Positions 1-12,479 of a stretch of DNA of 64,000 nucleotides are shown here, piece after piece. Where the stretch lies: contig CM082588.2 of NCBI GenBank assembly GCA_040954595.2, forward strand, positions 9,346,844 through 9,410,843, written 5' to 3'. Below the pieces are notes generated by a model that saw only the letters and a program-made list of their open reading frames with translations, made no database searches and was not told where the DNA came from. Every line of letters starts with the position of its first letter. Position 1 is the first letter of the stretch. The translations under genes were made by a program, and so were the position numbers. The DNA is from Balanoglossus misakiensis. Its lineage: Eukaryota > Animalia > Hemichordata.

Positions 1-85
1 ATGTATGTATGTATGTATGTCTCTGTCTGTCTGTATGTATGTATGTATGTATGTATGTATGTATGTATGTATGCATGCATGTATG
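1..85. repeat. (ATGT)n / (GTCT)n microsatellite, truncated by window edge
   Basis: Direct tetranucleotide runs atgtatgt... with a short gtct stretch. Confidence 0.95.
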
Positions 86-104
86 AATATTTTCAAATTT
101 TTTG

Positions 105-3070
105 GATGTCTCGGAGTACTCTCTGTGTTGTGTTTTCGAATTCATATTCAAATTGTCAACATTTTTGGTTGTCTGTGACTACTCTCTCGTCACATTCTGG
201 CCTCTGTGTTTGCCATGGTTGTGTTTTCGAATTCTTATTCGAATTGTCAACATTTTTGGGTTTGCCGTGGTTGTGTTTTCGAATTCTTAACATTTTTGGG
301 TGTCTGTGACTACTCTCTCGTCACATTCTGGCCTCTGTGTTTGCCGTTGTTGTGTTTTCGAATTCTTGTTCGAATTGTCAACATTTTTGGGTGTCTGTGA
401 CTACTCTCGTGTCACATTCTGGCCTCTGTGTTTGCCGTGGTTGTGTTTTCGAATTCATGTTCGAATTGTCAACATTTTTGGGTGTCTGTGACTACTCTCT
501 CGTCACATTCTGGCCTCTGTGTTTGCCGTTGTTGTGTTTTCGAATTCTTGTTCGAATTGTCAACATTTTTGGGTGTCTGTGACTACTCTCGTGTCACATT
601 CTGGCCTCTGTGTTTGCCGTGGTTGTGTTTTCGAATTCATGTTCGAATTGTCAACATTTTTGGGTGTCTGTGACTACTCTCTCGTCACATTCTGGCCTCT
701 GTGTTTGCCGTTGTTGTGTTTTCGAATTCTTGTTCGAATTGTCAACATTTTTGGGTGTCTGTGACTACTCTCTCGTCACATTCTAGCCTCTGTGTTTGCC
801 GTGGTTGTGTTTTCGAATTCATGTTCGAATTGTCAACATTTTTGGGTGTCTGTGACTACTCTCTCGTCACATTCTGGCCTCTGTGTTTGCCGTGGTTTTG
901 TTTTCGAATTCTTATTCGAATTGTCAACATTTTTGGGTGTCTGTGACTACTCTCTCGTCACATTCTGGCCTCTGTGTTTGCCGTGGTTGTGTTTTCGAAT
1001 TCGTATTCGAATTGTCAACATTTTTGGGTGTCTGTGACTACTCTCTCGTCACATTCTGGCCTCTGTGTTTGCAGTGGTTGTGTTTTCGAATTCTTATTCG
1101 AATTGTCAACATTTTTGGGTGTCTGTGACTACTCTCTCGTCACATTCTGGCCTCTGTGTTTGCTGTGGTTGTGTTTTCGAATTATTATTCGAATTGTCAA
1201 CATTTTTGGGTGTCTGTGACTACTCTCTCGTCACATTCTGGCCTCTGTGTTTGCCGTGGTTGTGTTTTCGAATTCTTATTCAAATTGTTGACATTTTTGG
1301 GTGTCTGTGACTACTCTCTCGTCACATTCTGGCCTCTGTGTTTGCCTTGGTTGTGTTTTCGAAGTCTTATTCGAATTGTCAACATTTTTGGGTGTCTGTG
1401 ACTACATCTCGTCACATTCTGGCCTCTGTGTTTGCCGTGGTTGTGTTTTCGAATTCTTATTCGAATTGTCAACATTTTTGGGTTTGCCGTGGTTGTGTTT
1501 TCGAATTCTTAACATTTTTGGGTGTCTGTGACTACTCTCTCGTCACATTCTGGCCTCTGTGTTTGCCGTTGTTGTGTTTTCGAATTCTTGTTCGAATTGT
1601 CAACATTTTTGGGTGTCTGTGACTACTCTCGTGTCACATTCTGGCCTCTGTGTTTGCCGTGGTTGTGTTTTCGAATTCTTATTCGAATTGTCAACATTTT
1701 TGGGTGTCTGTGACTACTCTCTCGTCACATTCTGGCCTCTGTGTTTGCCGTTGTTGTGTTTTCGAATTCTTGTTCGAATTGTCAACATTTTTGGGTGTCT
1801 GTGACTACTCTCGTGTCACATTCTGGCCTCTGTGTTTGCCGTGGTTGTGTTTTCGAATTCTTATTCGAATTGTCAACATTTTTGGGTGTCTGTGACTACT
1901 CTCTCGTCACATTCTGGCCTCTGTGTTTGCTGTGGTTGTGTTTTCGAATTATTATTCGAATTGTCAACATTTTTGGGTGTCTGTGACTACTCTCTCGTCA
2001 CATTCTGGCCTCTGTGTTTGCCGTGGTTGTGTTTTCGAATTCTTATTCAAATTGTTGACATTTTTGGGTGTCTGTGACTACTCTCTCGTCACATTCTGGC
2101 CTCTGTGTTTGCCTTGGTTGTGTTTTCGAAGTCTTATTCGAATTGTCAACATTTTTGGGTGTCTGTGACTACATCTCGTCACATTCTGGCCTCTGTGTTT
2201 GCCGTGGTTGTGTTTTCGAATTCTTATTCGAATTGTCAACATTTTTGGGTTTGCCGTGGTTGTGTTTTCGAATTCTTAACATTTTTGGGTGTCTGTGACT
2301 ACTCTCTCGTCACATTCTGGCCTCTGTGTTTGCCGTTGTTGTGTTTTCGAATTCTTGTTCGAATTGTCAACATTTTTGGGTGTCTGTGACTACTCTCGTG
2401 TCACATTCTGGCCTCTGTGTTTGCCGTGGTTGTGTTTTCGAATTCTTATTCGAATTGTCAACATTTTTGGGTGTCTGTGACTACTCTCTCGTCACATTCT
2501 GGCCTCTGTGTTTGCCGTTGTTGTGTTTTCGAATTCTTGTTCGAATTGTTGACATTTTTGGGTGTCTGTGACTACTCTCTCGTCACATTCTGGCCTCTGT
2601 GTTTGCCGTTGTTGTGTTTTCGAATTCTTGTTCGAATTGTCAACATTTTTGGGTGTCTGTGACTACTCTCTCGTCACATTCTGGCCTCTGTGTTTGCCGT
2701 GGTTGTGTTTTCGAATTCTTATTCAAATTGTTGACATTTTTGGGTGTCTGTGACTACTCTCTCGTTACATTCTGGCCTCTGTGTTTGCCTTGGTTGTGTT
2801 TTCGAAGTCTTATTCGAATTGTCAACATTTTTGGGTGTCTGTGACTACTCTCTCGTCACATTCTGGCCTCTGTGTTTGCCGTGGTTGTGTTTTCGAATTC
2901 TTATTCGAATTGTCAACATTTTTGGGTGTCTGTGACTACTCTCTCGTCACATTCTGGCCTCTGTGTTTGCCGTGGTTGTGTTTTCGAATTCGTATTCGTA
3001 TTGTCAACATTTTTGGGTGTCTGTGACTACTCTCTTGTCACATTCTAGCCTCTGTGTTTGCCGTGGTTGT
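105..3070. repeat. 91-bp tandem satellite (~32 monomers) with higher-order structure
   Basis: Monomer gtgtctgtgactactctctcgtcacattctggcctctgtgtttgccgtggttgtgttttcgaattcttattcgaattgtcaacatttttgg. ORF-track ends step by exactly 91 nt. Truncated ~40-bp variant units lie near 260, 1484 and 2251. Confidence 0.97.
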
Positions 3071-3879
3071 ATTCTCTCCGCACCTGGGATGTTTTTGGTC
3101 ATCTGATGAAGCTGGTTCTCTACAAGATCCCAAGAATCCCCAGATTGCAGTCTGTCTTCAAGCAATTTATGTTTTTGCGCGCTCTCTACACTTGCAGGAG
3201 AAGTCCCAAAATTGCAGTCCGTCTTCAACCAATTTATGTTCTTGCGCGCGCGCGTCTGTCGCTTTCTCCGTTGTACTTTCCCATATTATAAATAAAGAAT
3301 ACGGTATGTATGTGTGTGCATTTAAAAATTTCTAGGATTTTATTATCTGTCTGTGTTTTTTTTCCTATTTTTTTTAGGGTATGTCTTTAATGAATTTTTT
3401 CCAATGGCTATAACAGACGAGAAGGTTTCAATTGCAATATGTTTTGATAATACCATAGTTAAGCATGACAAACTTAAAAAAATTACACTAAATACTTCAA
3501 GTCCAGTAAAACTTGCAATAGATCCTTCAAGTCCAGTGTAGTTTCCTGGGATCAGTTCATTAGTTGGGGGTTTTTTTGTGTGTGTAGTGTTCAACAGTTT
3601 GATTGCATTTCTATTTTATTGGTCACGTCTTGCCACTGAGTCTGTCGATAATAGATTTTCCCCACATTGCTAGCGAGTCCCACACAATGACAGCCCCTAT
3701 CAACAGATTCAGTGCGCAAGTGGGTTCACTTTAATATTACCTTTATGATTTTGCTTTTACTTGACATAATTAAGTATTTTTATATCACACTTTTAATGTG
3801 TTTGCATCATTGCATGCATATGCATTGTGTGAGTGCTAGTAGGTTTATAGTGCTTTGATTTTTGATGATTTTTTTTTTT

Positions 3880-5040
3880 AAATACAGAAATAATGTGTTT
3901 GCAGTAGCCATTTAGGCATAATTGTTTTTTTTTGGCAGGGGGGATTATAGGGGTGAATTTGCTCTTAAATTGAATGGCATTGAGCCTATGCAACATGGCT
4001 TACAGGCAACACATTATTTAAACTTTTTGGACATTAAAAAAAATTCACATTGTGGAGTTTACTTTAACTATAAAGTTTTCTTTATTTTATATACTTTCAG
4101 TTTTGAGTTATTTAAAGGTTCATCTTTAGCCTTTTTCCTCAATGTTTGAGGGTCTTTAATGAACTTTTCTCCAATGGCTGTATCAGACAAGGTAATTTGC
4201 TGTGGCTTGACATTGCCAAGTATTTATGCATCGTCTGAGTGTTTACAGTCCTTTGATTTTATTGATAAAAATTTCCTTTATAAAAACATAAATAATGTGT
4301 TTGCAGAAGCCATGTATTCATAATTGTTTTGTTTTGTTTGTATTTGAGGGGGGGGGAGGGGCAGTAAATTCGCTAAAAAATTGAATGGCATGGAGATCAT
4401 GCATCATGGCTTACAAGCAACACATTATTTACACTTTTTGAACAATACAAAACTTTTCAATAATATACTTCTTTTTAAGAAGTTTTATACACACTCAGTT
4501 TTCAGTTATTTTACATTTGAACATTCCTCTTTTTCCTTGATTTGTGAGGATCTTTAACATTTTCAAGTCTTTATCAGATGAGATTTTAATTTGCTAAATA
4601 ATGTGTTTGCAGAAGCCATATATTCATAATTGTTTTGTTTGTATTTCGGGGGGAGGGTAGTAAATCAGTAAATTTGCTCATAAATTGAATGGCATGGAGA
4701 TCATGCATCATGGCTTACAGGCAACACATTATTTACAATGATATACTTCTTTTTACGAAGTTTTATACACATTCAGTTTTCAGTTATTTTACATTTTAAC
4801 ATTCCTCTTTTTCCTCAATTTGAGAGGGTCTTTCACATTTTCAAGTGACTTTATCAGATAAGATTTTAATTTGCTAAATAATGTGTTTGCAGAAGCCATA
4901 TATTCATAATTGTTTTGTTTTGTTTGTATTTCGGGGGGAGGGTAGTAAATCAGTAAATTCGCTCATAAATTGAATGGCATGGAGATCATGCATCATGGCT
5001 TACAGGCAACACATTATTTACACTTTTTTGACAGTAAAAT
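3880..5040. repeat. Degenerate tandem repeat, 4 copies of ~280-400 bp
   Basis: aaataatgtgtttgcag(t/a)agccat...aaattgaatggcat...catggcttacaggcaacacattattta recurs at ~3888, 4291, 4597 and 4877. Confidence 0.85.
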
Positions 5041-6122
5041 ACTTTCAATTTGCTTTTGAAGATTTCAACATTCATCTACATTTCTCCCCCAATTTTGGGG
5101 GATCATCAATGAAGTCTTCCCAGTGGCTGTAACTGATGAGGTTTCCTGCGTATATCTCTTCAAGTCCAGCACAGTTTCATTTTATCACAGGGGCCATCCC
5201 AAGGAGAAAGGGGTCTTTATAAGGGTGGGGGATATTTATGACTATATGACCCGTTTCTGTTTGGGATCGCCCCCAGTACATTAGTCACTTTAGACTCAAC
5301 TGCTGTGTGCAGTGTTCAATAGTATGACTTAATTTATCCTTTTTGTATTTTAATATGAAATTTAAGATTTAGCATTTGCTTGACATTGTTTGAGATTTAT
5401 ACTTATAGACATTAAGGTCCACTTTGTGTTACATTTGACGACTTTTTCAGTAATTTTGGTTTATGTATACACCACGATTTCTGGTGTGCATAATCAGCAT
5501 TGTTATTGTTAACAATTGTATTCAAGTCAATTGAATGCATTTGTCAATAGTAACAATTCTGTACAAAAAATTACAGTTAGTTGCCCTTTAATTGTAAATG
5601 CTACATGTAGAACATTGTCACACCAAACCTGTTATGATTTATTGAGAACACTTTATTCATTCAGAGATGAAATATTAATTTTTGCCAGTTTTACTTTAGA
5701 CTTACAATACCAAATTTTGCTTGGTATTGTAAAACTTCCAATATTTTCTTTCTGTGAACCTGCTATTTTGTGTAACAGATTAGCATCTTCATTTGAAAGT
5801 AGTGTTTTCAAAGAGGCATGACTTTAGAAATAGAATTTTTTGTAAAGTTGGTGAATTACCTACGCTTTCCCAGAGTTTTTTCCCTTATCCTGAAAAAAGG
5901 GTTTTTATCTCTGGGTTTTGGTGCGGGGTAAATTTTCAGTATTTACAATAAAGTACATGCTCCTCATGTAAAATTGACATGTATTGTGTGTGTGTATGTA
6001 TTTGGATGTGGTAGCCTGCAGGCCAGGTGGCATGGACATGGAGACTACACGTGGAGTGGGTTGGGTCTTTGTATGTATGTGTTGAGAGCTGTGTGCGCCA
6101 GTCAACAGTACATGTGTATGAA

Positions 6123-6307
6123 AGGTATACGGTCACCTATGGAAATTTAGCTACAGTTACCACGGTAACTTGAGATCTAGCCAATCACAGATTTTTAGTG
6201 GGTGGCACATGCGAAAAAAAGAGCGCCACCATATGTTCTTTTGAACCCGCAAATACGCCATTTCAGCCATATATGGGTGTATGTAAATTGGCGGTGACCG
6301 TATACCT
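6123..6307. mobile_element. 185-bp MITE, Kolobok-like termini
   Basis: 15-bp TIR aggtatacggtcacc / ggtgaccgtatacct flanked by TGAA on both sides. A second copy lies at 18306-18489. Confidence 0.8.
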
Positions 6308-8899
6308 TGAAAATGGTAGCTTCTATCACAGTGATAGTTGATGTGTAGATGTGATGTCGTGGTAGAATGTGAACTTGTTGACATGAAATTGTGAATCAAC
6401 ATGGAGACCTTAAAAAATGGGGAAATATCAAAGCCTCTATAGCTGCCACGTACTTTGCATTATTTTCACAATTTTATTTTACTGATAGGTATATGTGAAC
6501 ACTTTACCGATGCCCGATTATGGCTGTATGTAGCGATTTGAAAACGCTATGTATTAAAACGGTTTAATCAGCCTCCATACAAACAGTATACAGCTATCGT
6601 CGTATGCATCACCAAAAGATGACAAACTGATGCAAATGCAAGTAATATGGCTTAATCTGATTTGGAAATATAGCCATGCACCCCTATCCGACAGTTCAGA
6701 CCAGTTTTCTGACAGTGCAGACACCTAAATCAGGGTATTGTGGTCAAAGTGGAACGTACCTGTCCTCTTTGATAAGGGCTCCAATTTAAACTTTCAAGCT
6801 GATTTCAAGCCTTCTCTCAGACCTTTTCTCACAAACCACAGGTATATTTGCTTATAAGCATCCAGAGCCATGTGTGGGCGATCTGACAATGGGATTTTTA
6901 TATGTTTTGTAATACCGTATCCTTATCACACTGAGGACCAGTTATATTTGTTTCATTGAAGTGATAAACATGTATTTTTGGTCAGTTTGTCAGACTCATC
7001 TTGACAAATTCATGCTAGTGTCAATGAACCTCATTTCGGGACAGTATTTTATATGTTTTAAAATCTATAACATTGAAATCTAACCATAAACACTTGAAGA
7101 CATGCGTCATGCTTTGATTTATTGATGTTCACCTATGTCATAAATATTAAGTTGACAAATACCAAATGTTTGTCTACGTGCAAAAAATCCTACCACCTCC
7201 TCATGGCCTAAAAAATCCAGTGTGAGTTTGTAGTTGCTTGAGCCTCCAAAGGGAAGATGGCGAAAAAAGTCAAATTTCTCATTTTATTCTACAGTGCGAG
7301 GGAGGAAAATGCTACAGGGCTGATTGATCATACTCCTTTAAATATTGAATTTCAATATCTCAGAATTGATTTTTTAATTAGAGGTTGTAAACAGCTAGCG
7401 AGTTTTTGGTACATGTATAAGACTTCAAAGGTGAAAAGTAGCATATTTGGTGGGAAATAATCACCAAGCGAAGCATTTATGTATTTCTGTTTTCCCCAAA
7501 TTATGAAGGGATGTATAATGGTTGCTTGGTGATATCACACCTGTCTGAAATTGGCCGTACTTTATTGAAATAAAAATTGTTTATGTTAAATTTATTGCAT
7601 TCCATGACACCTGATAATATGCTATCAACCAAAATATTTTGTATAAGGAAACTCCTTGCAATTCAAAATTGAATATTTTGTCTCAAATTAATGAAGCCTT
7701 GCAACCATAATCCCTGTACCATGAAATGAAATACCTAATCTTGATTGACAAGTCTTTGGATTTATCATTTAGCTACCAGAGTCATGTATTTGCGGCCTGA
7801 CACAGGGGTTTTAATTTATTGACAGATGTCTACAGCTTTCAAGATAACTGATACTTATTTATGGTCATTTTTCTTCTAATCTTAAAAAGTAGACAGAGTG
7901 TCTTGTGTAAATAATTTAACCATTTATAAATGCCAGTGCTTAGTGACATACAGTTTGCCTATGTGCAGGAGATCAACCTAGCTAGTATCACTGAAGCATA
8001 ATGAATGAGAGAGTGGGGGAGGGAAAGAGGGAGAGAGAGTACCCTAGTTTATATTCTTAGTAACGAGGAAGTAAGACACTACTTGAGACTGTGCATTTTA
8101 TGGTCTACATACCAGCACAAAGAATTGTTGCTACACATTCCTTTGTGTACTCTTAGAAATTTTAAGTTTTATTTTACAATCTGGTTGTACAAATACCTGG
8201 TTTAATGGAGTATAAAATATTAACCAGAAAAAGAAAGTACACTTACTTAGACATGATGTACTGCACCTTAGGGATGTCTGGAACAAGGAACTCAGAAGAG
8301 AAATTCTACAGGGTGCCAATGCTGTTATAATTAATTAATTAATTAATTAGTGTTAATTAATTAATTATGAATGAAACTGTTATGCTGTTATGACGAATAT
8401 CATTGGGTTGGTTTCAGTAGACAACTTATAGTAATATGTTCTCAAATGCATAGAAAGTTTGGTGGAGTTGGTAATGTTTATCAAGCAAACACAGTAACAC
8501 TGTATTTATTGATTGTTATTTTTCTAGTTGCAGTTTATCATGATATTTTAGATTTTCTTTTACAATTAAGAAATCTGGGTATTCAATATTTTATTTTGTG
8601 CTGCATGCGGTAAATTTGTTGAGTGTATTGTGCAAATATTTAGGGCTGTGTGCAAAAAATTCCTCAGGCTGTGACATATCTCATCATGATTTTGATTAAT
8701 ATCTGATTGTATATTCTGACGTCCCTTGTAGTGTATAGGGTGGTGTATTTACTTATAGTTACTTTATAACTTTTTACACCCCCTCCAGTCTTCAAGATCA
8801 CATGATTATGACCAGAAGACACCATCTTAGAACGAAGTAAAAGTTGTTGGGCTCGAGACCAGTGCAAAAGTTGGTGGATTTTCTTTTGGTGTGTTTCAG

Positions 8900-9917
8900 C
8901 TGCATGATGGGCAATATTTGGTGCAAGAAAACCAGGGTTTCCCGGAAATATAAAGACCCACAGGTAAGTGCTAGTGACCAGTTGAACTGAAGTTATGGGC
9001 ATATGCTTTGCTGCTATTTGTCTGTCTGCAAGAGGAAAATGGTAAAGAGCACTAACAAGATTGTCAGTATACTAAGATTATTCATGATTCCATTGCATTG
9101 AAGCATTTGATGGACAAAATGCCGTAAAGTACATGTATGTCATATCAACACAGCTAAATTGTGACTGTGAAAGCTAATTGACAAATTGTCGATGCACTGC
9201 AACACTTTAAATGCAGTGAAGTGCAGTTTTATAAATCCAACAGTCACAAAACTTGCCATTTACATGGCAAAATGTTTGTGTTAATATTAACTAAACTGTT
9301 TTGACACCTGTGAGTGGGTGAGCGAGTGAGTGAGTGAGTGAGTGAGTGAGTGAGAGTGTTGGAGGGTGATGGAGTCAGTTGTCGAGTTGATCACTGAAAA
9401 TGTAATGCAAACGGTAATGTGTGGAAACAAATGCACTTCATCAGATTGAGAAACGTAGTACATCACAGTAATTGTTCATCATGACCATGATTTTATTGAC
9501 CAGAATGTGTGCTGGACACTTCACATACTTCACAAAACCCAAACTTTTGTGGAATGTTGTTCAATGGCATAAGTGGGTGCTAGTGTTTTAAGCTTTTGGT
9601 GTGTTTTGGGGATATTTCAGGTACACCTAACAGAGAGTGATTTGGTGCAGGAACAACCGCTTCACAGGGAAATAATGATCCACAGGTTAGTGACTTTTGA
9701 ACTGAAGTTAAGTCAGCTGGTTGCACAAGTGAAAAATAATCTGATCAAGAGGAAGTTTTTAACACCAAATTGTAATTAACTGGTGTTTCACAATAATATA
9801 AGTATAGTGAGATTCATGATGACATTTTACTATTTTGACAAAATGCTTTGTGTTTTTGGGCTATTTCAGGTACACCCAACAGACAGTGAATCTAGGCAGG
9901 AATATAAAGACCCAGAG
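8900..9917 (+). other. Three paralogous small exon-like units (8900-8963, 9621-9685, 9870-9917) of an unidentified or decayed gene
   Basis: Each has a tttcag acceptor and a gtaagt/gttagt donor, ends in related sequence (gacccacag, gatccacag, gacccagag; ..YKDPQ/E), and shares the intron start gtgacc..ttgaactgaagtta. Confidence 0.45.
9322..9356. repeat. (GAGT)n microsatellite
   Basis: gagtgagtgagt run. Confidence 0.9.
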
Positions 9918-10635
9918 GTTAGTGACCGTTGAACTATAATAATAATAATAATAATAATATAATAATATTTCTTTATTTCAGGATATAGAAAAAAATCCCA
10001 TAGATTTGACAGATATTTAAAAAAGAAAACACCACATAAAAAATAATAATAAAAAATGGTTAAAAATACATCAGTTGTCTGTACATTTTATAAGTTTTTG
10101 AGTAGGATAGAGCATCCGATCTAAAAACCGTCGAGACCAGAACATTGGTGCTATTATTAACACGCTCATAGAAATTAAACATAGCTTTCCGTCTAAGGGC
10201 TTCAAAAGTTGGTATTCTGTTGCAGACAAACATAGCACTCGCACTACAATCGCGAGCATAACCCATAATTATCCGGAGAGAATTATTATATGCCACCCGA
10301 AGTGAATTCATTTTTTTCTTAGTGTACGTAGACCACAAACTCAGACAATACATGTTGGTGCAAAAACTCCTGAAAAGGACAAGTTTGACATGAGCAGAGC
10401 AATATATAAAAATTTACGCAGCAGGGTATTTGCGCGTGCATACAAACATCTGGTTTGTTGCATAATAGCAAGGTCATCAAATGAGTTGTCAGTTAAACAA
10501 CATAACCCAAATACGTATACAGATGCACAACTTGCAGTTGGCTGGTGCCAATTTTCACCAGAGGCAGATTCTCCTTTTTGAGTGAACTCTTGTTCGGTAT
10601 AAAATACATACACTTCGATTTTGTTTTGTGATAGA

Positions 10636-10793
10636 TGAACTGTTCCAACTAGATATTTAGTCTAGATGAATCGGATTAAACACAGACACATGATTTAACA
10701 TCTATACACAGCCGCCATCATGGCCCAAGAACTTTATTGTGTTCTGCATATATAATGAGGTGACCTGATGTGACCTCAGGTCAATACACTACA
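10636..10793 (-). repeat. 3' LTR
   Basis: Direct repeat of 14926-15083 with 5 mismatches counted by eye. Adjacent PPT ggagaaaaggaggga at 10794-10808 on the minus strand. Confidence 0.95.
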
Positions 10794-11033
10794 TCCCTCC
10801 TTTTCTCCAAATGCTGAGTCTCATATAACAAGTTTTCCAAAACTTTCCGTTTTAACAGACTAACAGTCAACAATATGCAAATCTAAGATGCAGTGTTCAT
10901 CTCGTGGCCGGTTTTCTAACGTTTTCGAAATTCAACAAACAAACGAGGCAAAATTCAAACAAACATGCAAATATGCAAATTTGGGTTCGGTCTGTACACC
11001 AAAAGTACAGTAAACATGATCACACATGATCGT

Positions 11034-12470
11034 TCAATATCTTTCATAGTCCTCTAAATACTTTGGAGCTCGAACAGCACGCTGTGGCCTATTGGACAGT
11101 TTATCCTGGGCGGTCACACTGCTTTCCTCAGTTGGCGCTGCACAATCTTCCTTTTCAACAATGGAGTCTGGAACATCGTCCTCATCTGTCGTTTCCAGGT
11201 ACTTCTTCACATGAGATGTATTCCGTCTGTATCTGACACCAACCGGCAACTGTATAGTGACCTGACTGCCACATTTATCCACAACTTCATAAGGAGTTTC
11301 CTCAAAGCGTGTAGACATCTTGTTCTTCGGAGTCTGCTGCAGAAGAACTTTGTCGCCTAACTGGATACTGCTCCTTCGGGCACCTCTGTATTCATCTATG
11401 TAGTCTTTGGACTTCTGTTTCATCTCCAAGTCTCTATCATACACGTTTCTATACTCGTCTCTGCTGCTTTGTTCAAGGACATCGGGTAGCTTGGTTCTGA
11501 TCTTTCTCTTGAACATCAACTCGGCTGGTGCTACTCCAGTGGTGGAGTGTGGTGTCGTTCTGTACGCTAACAGAAACTTATTCAGCTCTCTCTGAATATC
11601 CCGCTTCTGGACTTGAGCAATCTTCAGAGTTTTCAGAAGAGTTTTGTTCTGTCTTTCCACCTCTCCGTTCGCTTGAGGCCATAACGGAGTTGTGTGTCTA
11701 TGTTTTATGTTACAGTCTTTCAGGTAACTTTCAAACTCTGACAACGTGAACTCCGGACCGTTGTCCGTCTTCATGGTAACCGGGTAACCATGTGTTGTGA
11801 ATCTGCTATCCAGACGGGCTATGACTTTGTCGGAGGTTACAGACTTCATGATATCCACTTCAAAGTATCTGCTGAAGTAGTCGACTGTAACCAGGATGTA
11901 TTCCCCTGAAGGAATTGGACCCAGCAAATCCACTGCAACATCCTGCCACGGACCTGTAGGCATCTCGGTTGGCACAACTGGCTCTTTAACTGATGGCTGA
12001 CCAACAAGCTGGCACTCATGGCACTTTCTACACTTGTTTTCTGCTTCACGGTCTATTCCAGGCCACCACACTTTCGTACGCAAACGTTGCTTGGTTTTAA
12101 CTATTCCCTGGTGTCCCTCATGTGCTAGGCTGATCACATGTTTCCTCAGACTTCTGGGAATAACCAAACGAGTGTCTCTCAACACCAGTTGGCCCAACAC
12201 AGTGAGGTCATTTCTCACCGATTTGTATTCCGTGGGACAATGGCTCCAGTCACCAAGGAAAATACATTTCCTGAGTATCTGCATTTCCTCATCGTTGGCA
12301 GCTTCTCGCTCAATCTCTTGGATGGGTAGAGCATGTGGGGCTGCATTCACTGCTACATATCTAATGTACTCTTCGGCATCATTTCTCAAGGGTTGCATTG
12401 GTTTCTCTGTGCTACTGATGAGACGTGACAATGCATCAGCAATGTTCTGCCGACCGGGTATATACACCAC
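11034..12470 (-). pseudogene. Gypsy pol, integrase portion
   Basis: HHCC zinc finger (AHEGHQG...CHECQ) and DDE motifs VAVDLLGP, TDNGPEF, NGEVER. Separated from RNase H by frameshifts. Confidence 0.92.
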
Positions 12471-12479
12471 CGTGAAATC

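Noticed and set aside
1-3026. Dozens of Cys/Phe-rich 60-100 aa ORFs
   Set aside because: Artefacts of the 91-bp satellite read through shifting frames.
5188-5950. Short imperfect inverted repeats at ~5190-5275 and ~5840-5948
   Set aside because: Too degenerate, with no convincing TSD or second copy in the window.
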